Shown: one piece after another, positions 17,571 to 26,770 of the stretch | Layout: each line of letters begins with the position of its first letter | Position numbering within the stretch: the stretch's first letter is position 1 | Origin: Nanobdellota archaeon | Lineage (GTDB): Archaea; Nanobdellota; Nanobdellia; Woesearchaeales; B3-WOES | Direction of reading: 5' to 3' | DNA length: 52,126 nt | Assembly: GCA_023131705.1 (NCBI GenBank) | Contig: JAGLZG010000057.1 | Span: forward strand, 1 to 52,126 | Notes under the pieces: generated by a model | Seen by the model: only the letters and a program-made list of their open reading frames with translations | Database searches by the model: none | Told to the model about the DNA's origin: nothing | Translations under genes and position numbers: made by a program

Positions 17571-20072
17571 ATGTTAAAAAAATTAATAAAATGGCCTCAT
17601 TTTTATTATGTTCTTTTTATAGTTATTCTTGCTCTTTTGTTAAGTGGCCCTTTACTTAATTTAAATAATTCTAAAAGGAACGGAGACTGGAGAAATTCTG
17701 ATACTCCTGGCTATCATTTTTTAAAGCAGTATGTTATTGAAGATAAAAGCTGGCCATTGTGGGATCATATGACTTTTAGCGGCAGGCCTTTATTTAGTTT
17801 TGGACTGCCTTTGCAGTATCCTGTAGCAATAATTTTATCATTATTCCTGCATCCATATGCAACACTAAATCTAATGATGATATTACATCTACTTTTAGCT
17901 GGGTTAGGAATGTATTTTCTTGCTTATGAAATCCTAAAATGTCAGAAATCGAAAATTTCTGAGCACACGAAAAAATCGAAGATTTTTTGTGCCCCAGAAA
18001 CGCAAAGCGTTTCTAAGGATGCTCAAAAACCGCTTGAACAATCTACATCAAGCAATACGCTACAGGTCTCTGATTGGCGGTTTTCGACAAATAAAAAATC
18101 TGCTTTGATTTCATCTGTTATTTATTCTTTATGCCCTTACCTTTTAATTAGTAGTTTAAATCATCCCTTCTGGGTTTATGGTTTATCTTATATTCCTCTA
18201 GAATTATTTTTAGCTATAAAATCATTTAAGAGCAAGCTCCATTTTATCAGATATTCTGTAATTCTAGGATTAGTTTTTGCATTACATTTTCTAAGTGGAG
18301 GTATTTTACAATGGTATTATGCAGTTGGTTTTGTTTCATTTTATTTGTTTTTTAAGATATTCGGAAAAAACTGGCAAAGCAGACTAATAAAATCCTCTTT
18401 GATTTTAATAATATTCCTCGCTCTTACATTTTCTTTGTCTGCTGTAAGGTTTTTGCCAGGAAATGAATGGACATCATTTACAAATAGGGGTGTTGGTTTG
18501 CCTATGGAAGAAATAATGAGGGTAGGGCACTTGGAATGGAATAATTTTATTGATACTTTTGTTTATTCTCTTCATCATGATTCCAAAGCTGGTAGAAGTA
18601 GATGTGGCCAAATTGGTTTAGTTGGATTAGGCCTTATGGTATTTGGAATTTATTCTTATTTTAAGAACAAGGATTATAAGATAAGAAAAAAAGATATGAT
18701 GTTGTTCTTAATAATAACAATGGTTTTGGTTTCTATTTTTGCATCAGGAATATTTTTAAAATATATTTACAATTTCCCAGGAATAAAATCTCAAAGAGGC
18801 TTAGACAGGTCTTTGATTATTTATGTTGTATGCGCTGCTTTAATGGCAGGATTTGGAATGAATTATTTATTTGAAAAATTAAAAACAAAAAATTATTCTC
18901 TAAAGAAAATGAATGTTATTTTTTTAATTGTAATTGTTTTGGTTGCCGGAAATCTTTTATTCATAGACCAAGAATCACTTTCTAATTTTAGAAGTGGATT
19001 TGAACATTATTCTATAACTGAGAACAATCCTGTTTTTTTGAAAATAGCTGAAGACAAAGATATCTTTAGATTTCATGTTATAGAAGTAGCAGGAGTTGAT
19101 TGGAATAATTTTTTAGGGTCTAGTATACCATTGAACTTAGAATCAATTTATGGTATGTATGGTCCCCTCTGGGATAGTAGATACTTCCATACATTTTTGG
19201 CTTCAACTTTTAGATCGCCTGCAAAATTGTGGGGGATGCTAAATGTTAAGTATATAATTTCTGCAAATGAGATTAATAATACAGATTATGAATTTGTGGA
19301 AAGGTTTGATGATGTTCCTTTAGATACAATAAGCAAAAAGAAATATAATAATACTGCTTACTTGTATAAAAATAAAAAATTCCTACCAAGAGCATTTATT
19401 TCTCCAACACCTATTTTGATTGTTGGTCAAGAAGATAATGTTAAACAGTTGATGTATGGATTATTGATTAATCCTAACTTTGATCCAAGCAAAACAATAA
19501 TAGTGCAAGGAAAAGAAACAATAGACAGCTATGGGATAAATGAGTTAAGAAGATATGATGCTGTTTTCTTAACACAAGGATCTATCACACAGAATTCCCA
19601 ATTTATCTTAGAATCATACAAAAATAAAGGAGGGGCAATTTTTCCAGATGTTTTAGATGGAAAAAATATGTTGTCAAATGAAGAGATTGATGAATTATTT
19701 TTAAAATTAAATAAAGTAAATAAAACTATGAAAAAGATTAAAATCATTAGTTATTATGATAAAACACCAAATTTCATGAGAATCAGTTTGGATAATAAAG
19801 AGAATTCATTTTTGTTTGTCAGTGAAAAATATACATTGTATCCTGGATGGACTGCAAAGATTGATGGAAAAGAAACAGAAATTTTATTATCTAACGGTGT
19901 TTTAAGCGCTGTTTATATCCCAATAGACTCTGAATACATAACCTTTAAATATTATCCAAGGAGCTTTAGAAAAGGATTAATAATAACTATTCTTTCATCA
20001 ATTATCATTCTTTTTTATTTTGGATACAAAACAATAAAATATCTTAAAAAAAAGAAACAAATTATCTCTTAG
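17571..20072 (+). CDS. YfhO-family polytopic membrane glycosyltransferase
   Basis: 833 aa with many helices and the C-terminal family signature YPGWTAKIDGKETEILLSNGVLSAVYIPIDSEYITFKYYP plus a final anchor helix. It carries an atypical hydrophilic insert of about 50 aa. Confidence 0.7.
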   Translation: MLKKLIKWPHFYYVLFIVILALLLSGPLLNLNNSKRNGDWRNSDTPGYHFLKQYVIEDKSWPLWDHMTFSGRPLFSFGLPLQYPVAIILSLFLHPYATLNLMMILHLLLAGLGMYFLAYEILKCQKSKISEHTKKSKIFCAPETQSVSKDAQKPLEQSTSSNTLQVSDWRFSTNKKSALISSVIYSLCPYLLISSLNHPFWVYGLSYIPLELFLAIKSFKSKLHFIRYSVILGLVFALHFLSGGILQWYYAVGFVSFYLFFKIFGKNWQSRLIKSSLILIIFLALTFSLSAVRFLPGNEWTSFTNRGVGLPMEEIMRVGHLEWNNFIDTFVYSLHHDSKAGRSRCGQIGLVGLGLMVFGIYSYFKNKDYKIRKKDMMLFLIITMVLVSIFASGIFLKYIYNFPGIKSQRGLDRSLIIYVVCAALMAGFGMNYLFEKLKTKNYSLKKMNVIFLIVIVLVAGNLLFIDQESLSNFRSGFEHYSITENNPVFLKIAEDKDIFRFHVIEVAGVDWNNFLGSSIPLNLESIYGMYGPLWDSRYFHTFLASTFRSPAKLWGMLNVKYIISANEINNTDYEFVERFDDVPLDTISKKKYNNTAYLYKNKKFLPRAFISPTPILIVGQEDNVKQLMYGLLINPNFDPSKTIIVQGKETIDSYGINELRRYDAVFLTQGSITQNSQFILESYKNKGGAIFPDVLDGKNMLSNEEIDELFLKLNKVNKTMKKIKIISYYDKTPNFMRISLDNKENSFLFVSEKYTLYPGWTAKIDGKETEILLSNGVLSAVYIPIDSEYITFKYYPRSFRKGLIITILSSIIILFYFGYKTIKYLKKKKQIIS
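17936..18090 (+). repeat. Multi-hairpin palindromic element inserted in frame within the yfhO-like CDS
   Basis: Hairpins TCAGAAAT-cgaaa-ATTTCTGA (17942-17962), AAAAAATC-gaa-GATTTTTT with outer GCAC/GTGC (17963-17992) and AGAAACGC-aaa-GCGTTTCT (17997-18015). There is a long-range pairing AAAACCGC (18026-18033) / GCGGTTTT (18077-18084). The stretch is visibly G+C-richer than its flanks and shares 23/27 nt with 870-896. Confidence 0.5.
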
Positions 20073-21393
20073 CATGTTTTTCCAAAAACTTTGTTAAGAC
20101 CTCTTGCATATAAGAAATTCTTTCCTTATTAATAGTTGGATAAATACCTATAAAAAATGTCCTTTCTGTAACTATATCCGAATTCTTAAGGTTTCCTGAA
20201 ACCCTATGGTTAATTCCTTCGTAAGCTGGTTGTCTTAATACATTACCTGAAAATAATAATCTAGTTTGAATTAAATTTTTTTCCAGATATTTTATAATGT
20301 CTAGTCTTTTGAAAGGAGACCCTTCTTTAATTGTTAGAGGATAGGCAAACCAGCAGGGTTCTGCATCAGGAATTGATTTTGGCAAAACAAACAAATCTTC
20401 ATATTTTTTAAAGAAAGATTGCATTATATCAAAATTTCTCTTTCTCTGCTCAATAAATTGAGGTAATTTCTTAAATTGCTCAATCCCAAAAGCACATTGA
20501 AATTCAAGGGGTTTTAAATTATAACCAATATGACTATAAACGTATTTATGATCATAACCATAAGGAAGATTCTTAAATTTAAAATCAAATCTTCTGCCAC
20601 ATGCACCATTAGACTTTTTCTCATTGTGTTTACAATAACAAGCTCTCCCCCAATCTCTTAAACTCCTTAATATCCTATCCATATTTAAGCTATTGGATAA
20701 TACAGCTCCACCTTCCCCCATTGTTATATGGTGTGCAGGATAAAAACTATAAGTGGACATAATGCCAAAACTGCCGCATCTTTTACCCTTAAAGGAAGAA
20801 CCAAGAGCATCGCACGCATCTTCTATCAACAAGATCTTCTTGTCTTCTGCAATCTCTTTAAGAGCAACCATATCATTAGGATTACCTAATGTATGCACAA
20901 TAAATATAGCCTTTGTTTTTGAAGATATCGCTTCTTTTATAGATTCAATACTGGGATTATAAGTTCCTAACTCACAATCAACAAAAACAGGTTTAAAATT
21001 ATTCTGAATAAGGGGATTAACAGTTGTTGGAAAAGAATTAGCACAAACTATAATCTCATCACCATCATTTAATTTACTCTCAAATTGTTTTGATTTTAAA
21101 GCAGAAATAGCTAAAAGATTTGCAGAAGAACCAGAGTTTGTAACCATACCATGTTTCATACCAATAAATTCAGCAAGCATATTCTCAAATAGTTCTGCTT
21201 TTTTACCTGTACCAAACCAACCATCTAAAAAAGAGTTTATAAATGCCCAAGATTCTTTATCATCAAAAACAGCCCCTGCATATTGTACTCTTGAAGAGCC
21301 TTTTACAAACACATCTTTTTGTTTTTTTAACCTAAATAATCCCATCACACTATTCTTGATACTTTCTCTTAATCTTTCTTCTTCTATGTCCAT
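20062..21393 (-). CDS. rfbH: RfbH/DdhC/AscC-type PMP-dependent NDP-4-keto-6-deoxyhexose 3-dehydrase (DegT superfamily)
   Basis: His replaces the Schiff-base Lys (SFYPAHHITMGEGG). The Fe-S-type Cys cluster is DWGRACYCKHNEKKSNGACGRRF. The 443-aa size matches E1-type dehydrases. Confidence 0.7.
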   Translation of the reverse strand: MDIEEERLRESIKNSVMGLFRLKKQKDVFVKGSSRVQYAGAVFDDKESWAFINSFLDGWFGTGKKAELFENMLAEFIGMKHGMVTNSGSSANLLAISALKSKQFESKLNDGDEIIVCANSFPTTVNPLIQNNFKPVFVDCELGTYNPSIESIKEAISSKTKAIFIVHTLGNPNDMVALKEIAEDKKILLIEDACDALGSSFKGKRCGSFGIMSTYSFYPAHHITMGEGGAVLSNSLNMDRILRSLRDWGRACYCKHNEKKSNGACGRRFDFKFKNLPYGYDHKYVYSHIGYNLKPLEFQCAFGIEQFKKLPQFIEQRKRNFDIMQSFFKKYEDLFVLPKSIPDAEPCWFAYPLTIKEGSPFKRLDIIKYLEKNLIQTRLLFSGNVLRQPAYEGINHRVSGNLKNSDIVTERTFFIGIYPTINKERISYMQEVLTKFLEKHAKR

Positions 21394-21555
21394 AAAGTTT
21401 CTCCTTTAAAAATATAAGTTAAATAATGGAATATTAAAGATTATATAAAATTTATGTTTATAAAGCCTTGGTTAAATCATATCCTATGTGGTCTCTCTTT
21501 GAGCCACGCTTTTCAATAAATTTATATAGATGTTTTAATTTATTCCCAAAAGAGA

Positions 21556-22704
21556 ATGATACCTATATTTAAACCAACTCTCGGGAAAGAAGAATTAGAA
21601 GAGATAAAAGAATCTTTTGATTCACATTGGATTGGACTTGGACCAAAAACAAAAAAATTTGAAGAGGAATTTAAAAAATATATAGAAGCAAAAAATGCCA
21701 TTTCTTTAAATTCTGGTACTGCAGCATTACATTTATCACTAATTGCTTCAGGAATAAAAGAAGGCGACGAAGTTTTAATCCCATCAATGACTTTTGCTTC
21801 AACAGGACATGCAGTTCTTTTCTGTAGAGCTAAACCAATATTAGTAGATGTTGACAGAGAAACTTTGCTTATGGATACAAATGATTTAAAGAAAAAAATA
21901 AATCCAAAAACAAAAGCCATTATAGCGGTCCATTACGGAGGACATATATGTGACATGGATAAAATTATAAGTATTGCTAAAGAAAAAGGAATTTCTCTAA
22001 TAGAAGATGCTGCAAACTGTGCAGGAGCAGAATATAAAGGTAAAAAAATAGGCAACCTAGATTCTGATTTTACATGTTTTAGTTTTGAAGCAAAAAAGAA
22101 CATGACAACAGGAGATGGTGGTATGTTAACTACCAATAAAGAAGGGAGGATGATAGACAAAATAAGAAGTTTGAGATGGGTTGGAATGGATAAAGATACT
22201 TTAAAAAGATTCTCTGGAAAAAGAAAACCTTGGGAATATGATATAATTGAGTTAGGATATAAATATAATATGAATGACATTGCGGCAAGTATTGGAATAG
22301 CTCAGCTAAAAAAACTTGATGATATGAATGATAAAAAAAGAAAAATACTTGAAAAATATAATAAAGTGTTTAAAGATTTAAAATGGTTAAAAACTCCTGT
22401 TGATAAGGACTATGCAAAAAATGCTTATTGGCTTTATATCTTAAGGGTTGAAGAAGGAGATAGAAACAAACTTATGGAATATCTTTTAAAAAAAGGCATA
22501 CAAACAACAACCAACTTTAAACCACTTCATTTATTTAGTTTTTATAAAGACTATTATCAAAAAAATGGAATAACTGTTAAATGTCCTGTTGCAGAAGAAG
22601 AATGGAAAAAAGTAGTGGTATTACCTCTTTACCCAACCATGACTGATGAAGAATTTAATAAAATAGTGGAATCAGTTAAAAATTATAAAAATGAAGATAA
22701 CTAA
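21556..22704 (+). CDS. DegT/DnrJ/EryC1/StrS-family sugar aminotransferase
   Basis: N-terminal IPIFKPTLGKEE and the PLP-Lys motif FSFEAKKNMTTGDGG. Confidence 0.8.
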   Translation: MIPIFKPTLGKEELEEIKESFDSHWIGLGPKTKKFEEEFKKYIEAKNAISLNSGTAALHLSLIASGIKEGDEVLIPSMTFASTGHAVLFCRAKPILVDVDRETLLMDTNDLKKKINPKTKAIIAVHYGGHICDMDKIISIAKEKGISLIEDAANCAGAEYKGKKIGNLDSDFTCFSFEAKKNMTTGDGGMLTTNKEGRMIDKIRSLRWVGMDKDTLKRFSGKRKPWEYDIIELGYKYNMNDIAASIGIAQLKKLDDMNDKKRKILEKYNKVFKDLKWLKTPVDKDYAKNAYWLYILRVEEGDRNKLMEYLLKKGIQTTTNFKPLHLFSFYKDYYQKNGITVKCPVAEEEWKKVVVLPLYPTMTDEEFNKIVESVKNYKNEDN

Positions 22705-23251
22705 AACAGAATTTGAAGGTCTATTAATAATTGAACCTGATATCTTTAATGATGATAGGGGTTGTTTTTTTGATATATATGACAAAAAAGAATTTAAAAA
22801 AATAGGCATAGATGTTGATTTTGTTCAAGATAGCCAAACAATATCAAAAAAAGATGTCATAAGAGGATTACATTTTCAAAAACCCCCTTTTACAAGAGAT
22901 AAAATACTTTATGTAAGCAAGGGTGCTGTTTTAGATGTTGTTGTAGATCTCAGAAAGAATTCCCCAACTTATGGTAAATGGTTTTCTACTGAACTAACAG
23001 AAGAAAATAAAAAGATGCTATTAGTTCCTAAGGGATTTGCTCATGGATATTTGGTTTTAGAAAACAACACAACACTCCAATATCAATTTTCAAATTTTTA
23101 CAATAAAGAATCTCAATCAGGAATGATATGGAATGATCCTGATGTAAATATTGATTGGCAACTTGGTAAATATGGAATAAGGGGGGATGAATTGATAATT
23201 TCAGAAAAAGATAAAAATAACCCTAAATTTAAAGAAATAGAGCCATTATAA
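22691..23251 (+). CDS. rfbC: dTDP-4-dehydrorhamnose 3,5-epimerase-family cupin
   Basis: FNDDRGCFFDIY, RGLHFQ and GFAHGY motifs; 186 aa. Confidence 0.85.
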   Translation: MKITKTEFEGLLIIEPDIFNDDRGCFFDIYDKKEFKKIGIDVDFVQDSQTISKKDVIRGLHFQKPPFTRDKILYVSKGAVLDVVVDLRKNSPTYGKWFSTELTEENKKMLLVPKGFAHGYLVLENNTTLQYQFSNFYNKESQSGMIWNDPDVNIDWQLGKYGIRGDELIISEKDKNNPKFKEIEPL

Positions 23252-23329
23252 TAAAAAAACATTAAACTTATAAATATTTGAGTATTCCTAAAATTAGATA
23301 TAGTGGTGATAGGAATTGGGGGCAGATAA

Positions 23330-24406
23330 ATGAAAGGATTAATACTTGCTGGAGGACATGGAGTGAGGCTTAGGCCAATAACAAATACCCTCCAAAAACA
23401 GCTTATACCCATAGCTAATAAACCCATTATACACTATGTAATAGAGGATTTAGTGAATGCAGGAATAAAAGATGTAGGTATTGTTGTAGGTCCAAACAAA
23501 GAACAGATAATAGAAGCAGTAGGAGATGGAACTAAATTGGGATGTAAAATAACCTATATCTACCAAGATGAACCAAAGGGACTGGCCCACGCAATCCTAG
23601 TTTCAAAAGATTACCTTAAAGACGAAGATTTTATTATGTATCTAGGAGACAATCTTATTAAAGGAGGTATCAAAAATTTTGTTAATAATTTCAAAAATAG
23701 CGATAATTCTTTAAGCCTTATGTTGACTGAAGTACCAAATCCTAAAGAGTATGGCATTGCCCTTATTGATGAACAAAAAAAAGTTATAACGAAATTATTA
23801 GAGAAACCAAAAAACCCACCAACAAATTTATCCATAGTAGGGATATATGGCTTTACTAAAGAAGTTTTTGAAGCAATTAAACATATTAAACCCTCATGGC
23901 GTAATGAACTTGAAGTAACAGATACTATGCAATGGATGATTGAAAATAACTACAAAGCTGGATTTGAAAAAGTAGTTGGATGGTGGAAAGATACTGGAGA
24001 TGCTAAATCACTTCTAGCTGCCAACCAACTTATACTGGATAGCTATATCAAACTCGAAGAGGGAACAAAAGATAATCTTATCAACCCTAATATACAAGGC
24101 AGGGTTAGAATTGGAAAGAATTGTAAAATAGCTAATAATGCTATAATCAGAGGTCCGGCAATTATAGGGGGTAACTGTACTATGGGGGAAAAAGTATTTA
24201 TCGGCCCATACACTTCTATAGGCAACAATGTTTCCATTAGAAAAGGAGAAATAGAAAACTCAATTATTATGGACAATGTTATTATCAACACTAAAGAACG
24301 TTTAATCAGCAGTATCTTTGGACGTGGTTCAGTATTTGAAACAAAAAATAGAATTCCCCATGGCAACAAAGTGATTATTGGGGATAATTCTCGAATAGAA
24401 CTTTAG
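23330..24406 (+). CDS. Glucose-1-phosphate thymidylyltransferase, long form (NTP-transferase plus C-terminal LbH domain)
   Basis: MKGLILAGGHGVRLRPITNTLQKQLIPIANKP at the N-terminus and C-terminal hexapeptide repeats (IGKNCKIANNAIIRGPAIIGGNCTMGEKVFIGPYTSIGNNVSI). Confidence 0.75.
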   Translation: MKGLILAGGHGVRLRPITNTLQKQLIPIANKPIIHYVIEDLVNAGIKDVGIVVGPNKEQIIEAVGDGTKLGCKITYIYQDEPKGLAHAILVSKDYLKDEDFIMYLGDNLIKGGIKNFVNNFKNSDNSLSLMLTEVPNPKEYGIALIDEQKKVITKLLEKPKNPPTNLSIVGIYGFTKEVFEAIKHIKPSWRNELEVTDTMQWMIENNYKAGFEKVVGWWKDTGDAKSLLAANQLILDSYIKLEEGTKDNLINPNIQGRVRIGKNCKIANNAIIRGPAIIGGNCTMGEKVFIGPYTSIGNNVSIRKGEIENSIIMDNVIINTKERLISSIFGRGSVFETKNRIPHGNKVIIGDNSRIEL

Positions 24407-24440
24407 GAAAATATAACTGAAGTTAAGAATTTTGAAGTGA

Positions 24441-25181
24441 CTATTTAAATTTCTTAAGATTTATTAGATGCAACTGTTGTAACTTATAAAGGAATATTTC
24501 AGAAAATAAAGTAACTCCATATTTAACAGCTTTCTTAAACTTTATAGATGAGGAATCATATTCATATCTTGTTGGAATTGGTACTTCAACCATCTTAAAT
24601 TTACGCTTAGCACACTGAATTATAACTTCTTCATCAAAACAATAACCATCATGATTATACATAAAAGGGATTGATTTAAGTACCTTTTTGCTATAAGCAA
24701 TATAACCAGTAGCACTATCAGTAAATTCTGTTCCTAACATGATATTCATGTAGATAGTTAATAAAAAATTTCCAGCTCTTTTCCAAAAAGGCATCCTCCC
24801 TTTCATTGCCATACCTCTTATTAACATCCTAGAACCATAAACAACATCAGCCTTGCCTTCTTTTATTGGCTTGACCATTTCAGGAACTAAAGTGGGGTCA
24901 TATTGAAAATCTGGATGAAGCATTACAATAATATCCCCCCCTTTTCCCAAAGCAGTATTATAGCAGGTTTTCTGGTTTGCACCATAGCCTTTGTTTTTCT
25001 CATGAACAATTACTTTTAATCCTAACTTTTTTGCAATTTCTACAGTATTATCTTTACTGCAATCATCTACAAGAATTATATTATCATAGCTTTTCTTTGG
25101 AATTGCTTTGTAAGTCTTTTCAAGAGTTTTAGCTGCATTATAAGCAGGCATAACAATGATTACTTTTTGTTTTCTAGTCAT
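24441..25181 (-). CDS. GT2 glycosyltransferase (soluble Dpm1-like)
   Basis: VIIVMPAYNAAKTL, LVDDCSKDNT and HPDFQYDP; 246 aa with no TM helices. Confidence 0.8.
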   Translation of the reverse strand: MTRKQKVIIVMPAYNAAKTLEKTYKAIPKKSYDNIILVDDCSKDNTVEIAKKLGLKVIVHEKNKGYGANQKTCYNTALGKGGDIIVMLHPDFQYDPTLVPEMVKPIKEGKADVVYGSRMLIRGMAMKGRMPFWKRAGNFLLTIYMNIMLGTEFTDSATGYIAYSKKVLKSIPFMYNHDGYCFDEEVIIQCAKRKFKMVEVPIPTRYEYDSSSIKFKKAVKYGVTLFSEIFLYKLQQLHLINLKKFK

Positions 25182-25261
25182 AATCCACCCTAAACTAAAT
25201 TAAATAGAAATCTATTTAAATAAATTGTGTTTTTTATGTTAATTAAGGGGGTTATTATTAA

Positions 25262-26305
25262 ATGATAGCAGACAAGAGTTCAGTGGAAATAAACGAATTC
25301 AACGCATTTGAAAAAATTTTTAAGTATTATGATAAATTGGATTATTTTTTCAATAGATTTAAGACTTTGATTTCTATTGAACTTGACTTAACAAACCTAT
25401 GTGATAGCAATTGTCCTGCATGTACTGGTATAAAAGACAATCCAGTTTCACTCACATTTAATCAAGTAAAAAAGCTTGTAGATGAACTTGCTGATGTATT
25501 TGAAGCAAAGTCTGTTATTATTAGTGGTGGAGGAGAACCTTTATTGCACCCAGATTTTGTAAAAATTTTGTATTATATCAAAGGAAAAGGATTAAAGATT
25601 GGGCTTAATTCAAATGGCCTTTCTCTTGATAGGGAAAAAGCAAAGGCAATAATTGAATGCTGCTCATACATTAGAATAAGCCTTGATGCAGGAACACCTG
25701 AGATGTATAAAAAAACACATGGTTTGGGTGAAAAAGCATTTCAAAAACTTGTTGGAAATATGAAAATGTTTACAAAGCTTAAGAAAGAACTTAATGGGAA
25801 GGTAGCATGGGGAACAGGCTTTTTAACAAGTGAAATGACAAAACCAGACATTTTAAACTTTTTTAGGTTAAGCAAAGAATGTGGTGTTGACTTTGCACAG
25901 CTTAGACCATTTACAGGGGATTTTACAAAGGTTGATGAAGAATTAGAAAAAGCAAAAGAGCTATATGAAAACAAAAACTTCAAGGTAACAGCATCCTATC
26001 ATAAATACAGGCGTTTTGATGATAAAGAGAAACGTCCATATAAAAAATGTATTGGAATGTTCTTTAATACTGTTGTAACAGCGGACTTTAAGGTATTTGC
26101 CTGTTTGTGTCATAGGCAAAAAAATAAATATTTTATTGGTGATTTAAACAAGAATACACTAAAAGAACTCTGGACATCACCAAGAATAATTGAAGTCTTT
26201 AATAATATAGACTTTTCTGATTGTCCTTACTTTTGCAGGAATGATGATATTAATAGGGGGCTAGATAACATCTCAAAACCTGTTAAGCATGTAGGGTTCC
26301 TTTAG
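25262..26305 (+). CDS. Radical SAM enzyme with C-terminal Cys-rich (SPASM/twitch-like) region
   Basis: CxxxCxxC motif LCDSNCPACTG, glycine-rich SAM motif ISGGGEPLL, and C-terminal cysteines CIGMF...FACLCH...DCPYFC. Confidence 0.8.
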   Translation: MIADKSSVEINEFNAFEKIFKYYDKLDYFFNRFKTLISIELDLTNLCDSNCPACTGIKDNPVSLTFNQVKKLVDELADVFEAKSVIISGGGEPLLHPDFVKILYYIKGKGLKIGLNSNGLSLDREKAKAIIECCSYIRISLDAGTPEMYKKTHGLGEKAFQKLVGNMKMFTKLKKELNGKVAWGTGFLTSEMTKPDILNFFRLSKECGVDFAQLRPFTGDFTKVDEELEKAKELYENKNFKVTASYHKYRRFDDKEKRPYKKCIGMFFNTVVTADFKVFACLCHRQKNKYFIGDLNKNTLKELWTSPRIIEVFNNIDFSDCPYFCRNDDINRGLDNISKPVKHVGFL

Positions 26306-26393
26306 TAAACCAAAAAATTTTACTTTAACATAATTTGTGCATTAAAATGAATTTAATAAAATATTTAGTTTAAAAATAAATAGAAAACTTATT

Positions 26394-26735
26394 GTGACAA
26401 TATTAATTGTATGTATTGTAATATTCACTTTAGGAGAATTTGCAAAAGCAAGCATAGCATCAAAGCAACACATTAAATATCTTGACGATTTTGAATGGGT
26501 AAAATCAAATACACCTAAAGATTCTATATTTTATCCTTTTGTCCATGGGCTTGTTTATAACCTGGACAGATACGTTATAAATGATTATTCATCAACAGAT
26601 TATTATTTTGAGCAATATTCACATAAACTAGAACCTTTATCTCTAAATGTCATTGAAGAAAACTTTGATTTAGTTGATGATAGCCTGTATACAGATGTTA
26701 AGGTTTATAAATCTATAAATAACAAAAACATTTAA
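26394..26735 (+). pseudogene. Orphan fragment homologous to the C-terminal anchor plus soluble domain of the GT-C protein at 30977-32599
   Basis: The 113-aa GTG-initiated ORF aligns with residues about 430-540 of the 30977-32599 product (IVCIVIFTLGEFAKASIASKQHIKYLDDFEWVKSNTPKD vs IICIIIFVVAEFVKVEVAAGTHKKYVDDFKWLKENIPED; both end in VK.YK). In-frame stops lie immediately upstream and there is no N-terminal GT-C body. Confidence 0.45.
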
Positions 26736-26770
26736 ATATTATCATCTTATTCTATTTTAGGGGATTAATT

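Noticed and set aside
17936-18090. Intein, intron or frameshift interrupting the yfhO-like gene
   Set aside because: The reading frame is continuous with no stop codons. The 50-aa insert is far too small for an intein and lacks splice motifs. A palindromic repeat insertion explains it better.
21540-21920. 126-aa minus-strand ORF, and similar antisense ORFs (2456-2662, 2886-3179, 15167-15517, 21933-22280, 23113-23427, 24043-24369, 28320-28685, 40558-40887, 46055-46384, 46960-47355 and others)
   Set aside because: All lie inside and antisense to motif-supported genes. They have low-complexity Ser/Phe/Ile/Leu-rich translations typical of shadow ORFs in AT-rich DNA, and they lack ribosome-binding motifs.
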